In this document: piece after piece, positions 1 through 10,300 of the stretch
How positions within the stretch are numbered: position 1 is the first letter of the stretch
Layout of the letters: the number at the start of each line of letters is the position of its first letter
Assembly (NCBI GenBank): GCA_964106915.2
Contig: OZ066917.1
Reading direction: 5' to 3' (one strand)
DNA length: 64,000 nucleotides
DNA from: Podarcis gaigeae
Lineage: Eukaryota
Program-made: the position numbers and the translations under genes
Notes under the pieces: generated by a model
The model's input: only the letters and a program-made list of their open reading frames with translations
What the model was told of the DNA's origin: nothing
The model's database searches: none

Positions 1-209
1 TCTGTCGTCCCCTTCTCCTTGTGCCCTCCATCTTTCCCAACATCAGGGTCTTTTCCAGGGAGTCTTCTCTTCTCATGAGGTGGCCAAAGTACTGGAGCCT
101 CAGCTTCACGATCTGTCCTTCCAATGAGCACTCAGGGCTGATTTCCTTAAGAATGGAGAGGTTTGATCTTGCAGTCCATGGGACTCTCAAGAGTCTCCGC
201 CAGCACCAC
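1..209 (-). mobile_element. BovB (RTE-clade LINE) fragment, runs off the window edge
   Basis: Reverse complement of the BovB ORF C-terminal region; about 165 bp is nearly identical to 1166-1330. Confidence 0.9.
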
Positions 210-807
210 AGGGCTTTATTATACACAGCTGAAAATCCAATACAAGTTAAAATGGCGGGGGCAGGGCGGGGGTGGAATGCAGCATTTGTATACATGTAGG
301 CCAGAATGTGTACATCACATTCCTATATCAGCAGACTGCAGCAGCAAACTAACTTCTACGTATATAAATATAGCTTTAAAGACAGCATTTCCTGCTGTGC
401 CAGCATGTTGCTATGTAAAACACTCAGGGATGGCCTCCAGCACAGTGGCCTGTTCTAAATATTTTCTTTCACTTCAGGGAAGCTTTTCAAAACCTTCAGA
501 GCTGCTTCAGCATCTGATTGATGCTCCAAGCAAATTTCTTCAGCCCAGGTGTTGTTTCTGCTTGGTACCCATCTGCTGCTTCAAGCATGATAGGTGGGGC
601 ACATTCAGTAAATAGAAGGGGAATTCTTGTTAAGGGTACCTGCTTCCTTGGGGCAGGGGAGAAAGGAAATTCCTTTAGGGATTAATTGTTTCACAAGGAA
701 ATGAAGGGAGTGAAACATATTTTCATGTGTGTCAAGTCCCATTTTTGTAACGTGACTTCCTGCTTTACAGTCTTTAGAGCTTGTTAAAAGAGTACTAAAT
801 CTGACCT

Positions 808-894
808 AAACTGCGGGAGGCAGTGGAAGGCAGAAGTGCCTGGCGTGCTCTGGTCCATGGGGTCACAAAGAGTCGGACACGACTAAACGACAAC
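808..894 (+). mobile_element. 5'-truncated BovB 3' end with 11-bp TSD
   Basis: GTCCATGGGGTCACAAAGAGTCGGACACGACT...(CAA) tail; AAATCTGACCT at 797-807 and 895-905. Confidence 0.9.
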
Positions 895-1165
895 AAATCT
901 GACCTTCCCAAATGTGTGGATTCTTCAAATCATGGCAAGCAGTCTAGTCAGATGCAGAAAGATCCAATGAACACAAAAGGGGACTTACTCTCAGACAAGT
1001 GTGCACAGGACATTGGCTATAGCTGACCAGTTAGGAGAATTTACACAGAACATTTTACAATTCTTACACTATGGAAAAACCATTAGTTTTGTGCACCTTT
1101 TAAAGGATTTTATTTCCTAACAATATGTTTTGAAATTGTCAAGCAATTGCAAGTAGTTAAGAACA

Positions 1166-1470
1166 TCAAACACATCCATTCTTAAGGAAATTAGCCCTGA
1201 GTGCTCACTGGAAGGACAGATCATGAAGCTGAGGCTCCAATACTTTGGCCACCTCATGAGAAGAGAAGACTCCCTGGAAAAGACCCTGATGTTGGGAAAG
1301 ATTGAGGGCACAAGGAGAAGGGGACAACAGAGGACGAGATGGTTGGACAGTGTTCTCGAAGCTACAAACATGAGTCTGACCAAACTGCGGGAGGCAGTGG
1401 AAGACAGGAGTGCCTGGCGTGCTCTTGTCCAGGGGGTCACGAAGAGTCAGACACGACTAAATGACAACAA
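1166..1470 (+). mobile_element. BovB LINE 3' fragment
   Basis: Translates to LKLRLQYFGHLMRREDSLEKTLMLGKIEG..RRRGQQRTRWLD-type BovB C-terminus; ends in GACACGACT...CAACAA. Confidence 0.92.
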
Positions 1471-1491
1471 GTAGTATTAATTGCAACTGCA

Positions 1492-2046
1492 TGTAAGCTA
1501 ACAGGAGCGAGCCAACAGTAAATCACACTGAGCAAGTTGGTCTTAAATCTTTATTAGCAAAAACAGGATCTGCACAGGAGTATTTGGCCTAATGAGGACA
1601 GCAACTCTTCTCCAGCAGGTCTGGCCTCCGTGAAGCAGTTGTTGAGACTGAAGGTCCCCTCTTCTCCAGGGTTTCCCCCAAGCAATTTGAGACTGTGCCT
1701 GCATGAAGCTAACTTCTCCTCTGTCCTCTTCATGCCTCTCCTGGTTTTGGGTGACTGAGGGGGGAGGGGAGCTCATCAGAGCAGCAGGAGCCTGTGCCTC
1801 TTCAGCAGCAGAACTTACCTCTGCCTCTTGGCTCTTCTGCTTCAGCTTCTGCCTTTGATTCTGGATTTGTCTGCCACAGATTCCCACTGCTCACTAAACC
1901 CTGTTAGGTTTTCAGCTTCTGAAATGTCCTCCCAATCTTCTCCCTCTGACAACTCATCATTGTCCCACCACCAATCCCCTGGCTCTGAGCCTTATTTCTT
2001 GGGGGTCCCCAGCTATCATACCTCTGTATCAAACCAGTCTGTGACA
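1492..2046 (-). mobile_element. Solo-LTR-like element
   Basis: TGT...ACA termini, AATAAA near the minus-strand 3' end, purine-skewed interior; no clear TSD. Confidence 0.5.
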
Positions 2047-2976
2047 TAAACAGTTAAGAACAGTTAAGTCCAGGAAACACGAGTTTCTATTTTATTGTTT
2101 TGTCCAAGAAAGCGTGTCTGATAATCAGATTTGAAGATCAGGATTTTTAGTGTAATTCTTCATCCCTGTAACCCACATTCCATTCTAATTTCCCACAATG
2201 CATTGCTTTGGGACACTGGAAAATTTAAATGGCATTGCTCAGTAGCTCTTCTGTTATGTTCTAGAATTAGAGTGACAGTAAGAGCAACAATGAAGTGTCC
2301 ACAGGAGAAAAGCAAGAACTCAAGATAGAGGAGCAAATTTAGAGATGCAAGAAATCCCACATTCCCTAGGCCTGCATGCCTCAAAATACACTTACTCAAT
2401 GAGCTGTCTCATTGAGATCAAAAAGATGGCTGTTCATCTTTATCTTTAAAAGCTGCTTCCTTATGTCTCTATGCCTCACTATGAGCTGTCGTGCTCAGGG
2501 TATGTCAGTGACAGAAAGCAGACAGCGGTTTTGGAGTTTTTCAACCTCTTCTCCCCAGCTCAGAACCAGCTTTGAAAGGAAGAGGGGAGGAAGGAGGTAA
2601 CAGGTATGTACAGATGGCAATTTAAGGTAGATTTTATGCATCCTACGTGTGCATGCTTTCCGAGTCGCCCACACAATGTCCTCATCTTAGTGGCAGCCTA
2701 CACTCCCTCCGTTTAATTCAGTTTTTTCCTGATACATGGATAATGCAGTAATTGGCAGGGGGGACCTCCAACATAAAATGTAACGTTATCTGAATGTAGA
2801 TGCAGTGAAGCACCTTGTGTGGGTAGGTTTTTCTTTTAAGTGTGATGTTCTGCTGGATGCTGTTAATCACCCTCTCCTCCACTTGCTTGTTGCAGACCAT
2901 AACCAACCATTCTGTTTGTAATAGCTGCAAGGAAAGAAGCGTGTTTATTTCCACTGCTTGTTGATGATGGGACATT

Positions 2977-3002
2977 GTGTGTGTGTGTGTGTGTGTGTGT
3001 GT
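2977..3002. repeat. (TG)n microsatellite
   Basis: Directly visible. Confidence 0.95.
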
Positions 3003-6000
3003 ATAAAACAGCCCTTTTGTGCAGAACTGCTTTTCCATTGTACTGAATAGGGACAGATTTATTTATTTTTTGATTTTTTAATTGAAAAAAATGGGTGTTT
3101 CTTTCTGAACCATAAAGACTTGAGCTTCAGAAATGGCCACCAGCGATTTTCCTACTGATCCAGCATTTAGAATGTTCCTCCCTGTTCTAGGGAATTATGG
3201 TAATTATCACAAGCAGGTTTTACTTCACCTCCTACTTAGGGTCCAATTAATGTATCTGCCTGGCTATTTGAATGGCAACAGTGGAAGGGTGGCTATACAA
3301 GCTGCTTGTGTGAATTGTCTTGCCAAATGGCACAGTCATTTTAGCAAACTCAAATCCCCTCCATCCCTCCAACTGGGAACAGCATAAGCTAAAATGAACC
3401 ACAGAGATGCTTCTTTACACAGATGACTTGCCATAAGGATTTGCCTTGATGTGATTGCAGTGCCACGTGGCCACACACACTGCAGAGTGCCACCGCAAAC
3501 TGGGTCTACAGTGCCTTTCATATAGAGCAGAAGGGAGGACTGGAGACACCTTTGATGACAGAACATTGGGCAAGAGTTTGGGTGAAGGAGCAGTTCTTTA
3601 TGTGGAACTGCTAACTATTATAATAGTGATTTTGCTTCAGGCTTGGTTGTGGACTGAAGACGATGGGCTGTGTTACTGCATCTTGGGAAATGTGTCGTGC
3701 AAATTGCAGTAATCACAAAATGGATTGTTAATTTGTACAGAACAGTACGGTTCACACAAATGGCACCAGCCAAACTGAGTGCAGTTGTACTATGAATCCC
3801 AACCGTATCCCCGCTCAAAGTGCATTTGCATGTGGGCTGTTAGCAAGTGTGAATCAGTCCTTAGGAAGCAGCTTGTAGGATACATTGCATACGCAGTTAT
3901 ACTTACTAGCGTAATACTCATATTTCAGAATAAAAACAGATTCAGCAACAATGTTATTTCATTCTGCTATTACATGTATTTACCATTTGTTCACAAAAAA
4001 TACAGCTCTCTCTTGCTTCCCCCAACGTTTCATTGGGTTCCAAATAAACCTGAGTTGATAGTTCAAGTTAGTATTTGCAGGACATTCAGGTACAGAAGTC
4101 TGAAGCATGCACAGAACGGTATGCTGATTATTAGTGCCTTAATATTGTGTTCTATGGGGAAATGCCACCAATTATATTTTATAACTTCACAAACATCAGT
4201 GGTGTATGGGTCCTTATCAGAATATTTGGGGTTATTTTGAAGACACTACTCGAAATACTGAGAGGTTTTTCAGAAAGCATAGTTGAAGCACACACAAAAC
4301 ATGCCACAATCCCATTTCAACAAGGTATTTTTTGTTTACATTAAGCAGTGTTGTAAACTTGATTAAACTTACAATGCAGCTTGCTTTGTCTAAGAGGGGT
4401 TATGTGGATAAAAATGTAAATGAAATCATCCAGTGGCAGGGATAATAGAGGCTCATAATGTAGTAGTTTCTGGAACACCATGACCTTTCAAAATTCATTT
4501 CTGAAGTCTGAAAACCCTTAATTGTGTGAAGTCAAGTTCAAAAGGGCTAGAACAATCTCAGGCAGCTGAAATTGGGTGGCCCTGGCTAAGAATATGGGCA
4601 TTTCTCCCCGTTTCCCCCCCCTAGACCAGCTGCACATGAACATGCCCGCACATGGTATGTGCTTACAATTTTTTTCTGGCACACAGTAGGATACTGTTCT
4701 TTCATGGTGATGAATCTGAAACATTTTCAGCCATTCAGGCCTATGCCAATGCGGATATTCATTTGACACAAGCACACTGCACAGTTTCAGCCTGGCCTGC
4801 TCCCATACTTCTCCTTGGGCCTAGTTTTCACAAAGAGCAATGTATTAAAACTTGCACAACTTCAGGCTATGCATGAGCTTAAAAGCAGGCAGTCTTCTCT
4901 TGTTTGTGCTAAACGATGGTTTTGCTTAGCATTACATGTGAATCGGTCAGTTTGTAGTTGGATATAACATGGCACTTGTGAAAATTCAGTGATCTGGACT
5001 TTAAACTGCAAGGTAGTCAGTGGCACTGTTACTGGATTAAGGTACCACTACCTTTGAAGCAGAAACAACTGTTCTCATGCATATACCTATTCCTAAGATG
5101 GTGTTACAACCAATGGGTGCTTCTACTTTGGATGTACACATGCACAAGCAGGTGGATCCAATTTCAAGATGGCTGCAGCCAAAAAACTGCTAGTGTTCCT
5201 GACATCCTGTCCACTGCTGTTCTTCAGTCCTAACCTTTTAAGAAATATTTGGTGCTGAGCTGAGATTTTATGTGTATCAACAGAATCTCAGCGGGAAAAA
5301 CCTGATTATCTGATCTTGGGGTTTCTTAAAGAAGGCATCAAAACGACTCAGAAACATACCTTTAAAAACAATCTCTCAATAATTCCCCCACCCAAAGCAC
5401 TTATTCTGATTTGTCTTTTATAAAGGCATTAACATCTAGATACTGTGTATGCTAAAGAAGAGGGGAAGCACATTAACCGTTAGTGACAATCTGCCACCAT
5501 GCTAGTCTAATGTTAACAACTATCAGCAATCCTGTATACATAACATGTGCTAGCAGGGAACAGGTAAACCATAGAATAGTCTTTGGTTAAAACCCTGTAA
5601 ATTAATAGCAAATTATTTGCACAAACCCCTATTTTCTTATTCAGACATTTTCTTTACTGTGAAATAAAAAGAGCTGCAGAGTACAGAACATGTTTGCCTT
5701 TTACGAAAGTTAATCACAGTTCGTAGCACTACTAAATTTTTGATGACAACTGCATTACCATTCCTGCCATTTGCAAATGGCACTGGAGCTAGCAGATGTG
5801 TCCTTTGATAACTCTTCTGAATGCAGTGCAGAGTTTCTCAGCAACACTTTCAAGTATGTCCAATGCTGTTTTGCTAAAACTGAAAGTATACAATTTTTCT
5901 AAAGGCAGTTTCACAGAAATGGCATAGCTATACAGATGACCAGGTGTTTGTTTTTTTAAAGCACAGCATTTAGAAATATGGGCTATTGTCTCATGATGAG

Positions 6001-6598
6001 GAGGAAAATGTGAACAAAGATTTCCTTACAGTCAAACTAGTTCTGAGATGATAATGTCTCTTTATAGTAGCATCTCTTAACAAATGAACATTTCCTTTAG
6101 GAAAAATATAGAATGATTTTAGGTGTTTTGGAATTATTAGACAGTAAAAACTGCTTCAGTTATTAGCATCTTGCTCTGGTTTTTGTGCTTTTATGCCAAG
6201 TCCTTTCAGGTCTGTTTCTTCTTCGTCTGTACATGACTGAAGAGAGCACATTTGCTTCAGAAATATGAAAAAACTTAGTTTTCCTGTTTTTGAGTAAAAC
6301 GAATGGTGCTTATGCCTGTGAAACAGAGAACTATTGCCTGACAAGTACATCAACCACAGCTTTACAAACCAGAGGGCAATTCAACAAATTCTTCTTTCAC
6401 TGTCCAAGCAAGTTGTTAGGTCCAGTGGTCTGTTGTTGACATAAACTTATGTGCAATATTAGAACACAGCCAAAAAGTATCTGCTTGGCAAGATTACACA
6501 GATCTTCAAAAGTAAGTCTTTACATCACTTGAAATATTTGTCCTTTCCCACCAATGACACTAGTCCTAGGCCACTGAAATATGTGGCCTTGTGATTTC

Positions 6599-6604
6599 TT
6601 TATT
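6599..6604 (-). terminator. First candidate polyadenylation signal (AATAAA) of HUNK
   Basis: TTTATT on the plus strand about 100 nt past the stop. Usage is unknown and more distal hexamers exist (e.g. 2944-2949, 3058-3063). Confidence 0.3.
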
Positions 6605-6705
6605 GAATGTGATAACAAAATACACAGGAAAAAACATTTCACTACTTCTATGGGAAAGTCCCAGAAAACGGCACTACACAAATTTAGATTTTCAGAAAAG
6701 TCACC

Positions 6706-7373
6706 TCAGCACTGGCCATTTATAGGGTCCATTATATTGAATGAAATTTGTGTTGGGCTCATTTGCTGCAGCTGAGGCATTCTTGCTTCCAGCGTCTTCT
6801 CTGTTGGTGACCCTACTGACTGATTCCTTTTCCGCATCATCTGTCCAATACCCATCATGGGGAATCGACCTCTGCTTTTCACACAGTTAGGGCTCCCCAG
6901 AGGATTAGAGGCATTATTTAGCTGGGTTGGAGAGACAGCTTCCTCTCTAAACGAACTGCTCTTTTCATCATATGTGAAGGACAGTTGAGTAGGATGAACT
7001 GGACTTTTAGTAGGACTGGGAGAAGTTCCCCCTGGCTTGAAGAGCGGAGACAATGTCCTTTCACTGGAACTTCTCCGACCAAAATTGACTGGCGAGCTTA
7101 GCATTCGATACTGATGCGTGGGAGAAATTTGGTCTATTTGGTCCTCTCTGTCGCCGGTTTCAAAAGAATGCACAATGTTCAGAATTAAAGGAGAATCCAA
7201 ATTCTGGCTGCCAGGGCTTGAGGGCTCTTGCTGAGGCGAATCTTGCCGCTTGGTGAGCCTTGGGGTCCTTGGAACAGGTTGCTGGATTTCAAGGTATTCC
7301 AGAGAATAGGAGGTGACACAACCTGTCTTGGCTGTAGCTGATTCATGGAAGGGGCTCAAGCCACTAGGAGAAT
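6706..7373 (-). CDS. HUNK: HUNK last coding exon ((D)SPSGLSPF...[11 protein letters not shown]...[14 protein letters not shown]...INGQC*)
   Basis: Acceptor TTGTTTTGTAG|AT; 668 nt to TGA at 6706-6708; conserved HUNK C-terminal blocks. Confidence 0.95.
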
Positions 7374-10300
7374 CTACAAAACAATTTTTTAAAAGAGTCA
7401 AGAAAAACCTTTCATGGATCCCCCCTCCCTGAGACAAGGCCAGCTATAAGTCATCAAGTGAGAAACCGCCTGAGTGAAATTCAAATCCTAAACATAAACA
7501 TACCCCCAGAACAATACAGTAAATACAAGTTTAATCCAAAATGTGTTTTCCCTTAAGGTGTGTTATCCTGCTTATTCCTTCTCTACTTTGTCTTACACTT
7601 TGCCTGCCCTTTGTCATTTCCCTTCCCAAGCTAATCAAACCTAAACCATTATCCGGGACAGAAAGAAAGATAACTGTGCATTAAGAAGTTTGAATAGAGG
7701 AAGGAATCTTATCTGAAAAGCCAGCGATGATTCAAACATACTGGAAGTCAGGAAACAGAACATTTCAGAGCATGCAATTATCCCCAAACACATTTGTCTT
7801 TCTGGGATGCATCTTGATGTTGAGTGCTGTAAGTCAACTGCTATTTCACAACTTATGCAGCAGTGAATGCGTATTTAAAACTGCCCATGCATGATGTGGC
7901 TAAATGTGACTCACTGATATGTATATCTGTGCAATACACCTAGTTACGAATACATGCTTTCTGAGTTTATAATGTACAGTTTTATATTTACATGTAAACA
8001 ATATTAAGTGTACATGCAAAAAATGTAAAATATGGAATGGACTTCTGCTAAAACCATGCTCTTAACAGCTATTCTTTGTTATGTTTGTGAACGGCCTACA
8101 GCGCTAAAATGAATTATAAAATCAAATGGCAGAAAAAGAATATGAGTGTGGAGCAAGGCCAAACTTAAATGCTATCCCATGCTTCCTGTGGAACAGTTTA
8201 CATGACAGGTCTCCTGTCATGGCTTCCCCATGGAATTCTAGCCTGATAAGAGTCCTGAGAAAATATCATCACCCTCATTAGATTACAATTCCAGGAATTC
8301 AAATATTCTATACCCCCATCTCCCTGCCACAATTAGGATTCCCTAGGGAGAGATAGTATGTGTTAAACAAGTTGATGGCTGTTATCCTATGCATCCTTAC
8401 CGGGGAGTAATCCCACTGAACACAGTGGGACATATACCCGAGTAAAGATGAACTGAGTCACACTAAAATGCTGCAAGCCTATATGCACTGACCTGGGAGT
8501 AATTCCTGAACACAGCAGGGCCAGCTTCTGAGCAGATATGTACAGGATGGCAGTGAAAGTCTGTGATATGCCCTAATTTTCTCTGATCTGCAACTTACAA
8601 AGCAAGTCTAGATCACATCAAGAGCTGGAAAGATGGCTCCACTTACCTTTGTCTGGTGCACCACCCTGGGTAGCTTTGTGATCATTCAGCAGAGCTTTTG
8701 TAGTCTGTATCTGTGTCAGAAGGCAGGTAGGAGGTTCTTTGTAGGTGGGGGAATTTTTCTCAGATTTCTTCAGAAGTGGGTGAAGAGGCTCTTCCTTCGT
8801 TTCCTGTTCCTTGACCTTTTTGTCCTTCAAATTTAAAAGCACATAAACAAAAACGGTTTGGTTTGTTGGAATCTGCTTTAGAAAGCTTCAAAAACAGGTT
8901 AAGTAAAAACACTGCTTCTTAACAGCATTCCAAGTTTGAAAAGGCAGCATTAAGTGAATGGAAGCAAGTTCATCAGGCTGGAAAAGGCACCCCAGCCCTG
9001 TTTTGGGCCTAGCAACCTTGTGTCCCCTTTGGATCCCTCTCCTTCCTGCCAGTAGTGGAGTTCCAGTAATTTGCCCCCATGTGACTTTCTTATATCTTCT
9101 TTCTCCCAAAACGCAATTCATGTGTCTGTAAATGGAGGTTTCATATCATACCAGTAATAGAACTAGGATGGGAAAGTAGGAGCAGCTTTGGTTGGGTGGA
9201 GCAGAAGGAAAACGTCCTGGGAGGTTGGTGGGACTTACAGCACCTCAGGTCTTGAGCTGTACCACCCACCACCGACAGGGATGAACACAAATGGATGGTG
9301 CATCAAGCTAATCATCGTAAATAATTGGCCAAGAAGTGAAAACTATGTGACCCCCCAACTGCTATTGAAAATTGAAGGATTCCAGAACACCAAGGTTACA
9401 ATCTGACACGCAGATTTATAAAAGAGGATACCCAGGTTTCGTATGCTCCGAGATGAAAATAAGGAGCATCCATCAACAGCCTTGAAATCTAGCACTTGGT
9501 AGCGATTGGCATGTTATCAGCTCTGATTGCACAGGGAAGGATGCTAACTGAAGTTCAGCAAGCTGTCGGACTAGAAGCTATGACAGCATTACAAAGAATT
9601 ACCTAGGATTAATAACAGTTGGTATAATATTTTATGTAGCACTTTCAATGTAAAGCATGCTTTATAATTTTTATCCAATCCATCCTCATGACAAGTGTTG
9701 GATATTGGTCACTATGATTCCCATCACTCAGATGGTGACACAGAGATGTCTCACCAAAACCACTTGCACTTTGGATTCTGGTATCTAGTGGACAGAAGAA
9801 CCTTCTTTTGCATTTGTTTTTCCCATTATTAAAATGATGCGGAAGAATTTTCTGCAAAGTGCAGGAGGACCCTAGGAGCTATCTGGCTGCATCTCCATAG
9901 TAACGCTCTGATGCGCTTTCATGTATCTCTTACGTTCAGAAAAGCTCTTTGCAAGTGGATGTCCGTAGCTGCAAGCTCGGCTGAAAAGGATGTTTTGTCT
10001 GGCTGTAGTAGCTGAAGAACACTGAGATGTGTGTCTCATTCACATGTCTGTATCAAATGAAATTATCAAGGGGCCCTTAAGACATGCTACCAACAACTGC
10101 TGGTTTCAACTACATACATGTGCTGATGATAAAGTTTTGCAATTAGCCAGAACATGAGACACAATGGAAATTGATTCCCCCTCCCCCCTGGCATAATTAT
10201 TAAATCTTTATATGATCAAATATCTTAGGAGTCACACACTTTCTATTAGTTTTTGATTCTATCCATTTGGGCTGGGTGTATGTGCATGGGCACACATATT

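Noticed and set aside
21-1474. ORFs 21-299, 823-1026, 1117-1440 and 1223-1474 as host genes
   Set aside because: They are sense or antisense translations of truncated BovB fragments.
7374-7437. N-terminal part of the 243-aa ORF as an independent gene start
   Set aside because: It lies upstream of the TAG acceptor at 7374-7376 and is intronic. The ORF is the last HUNK exon.
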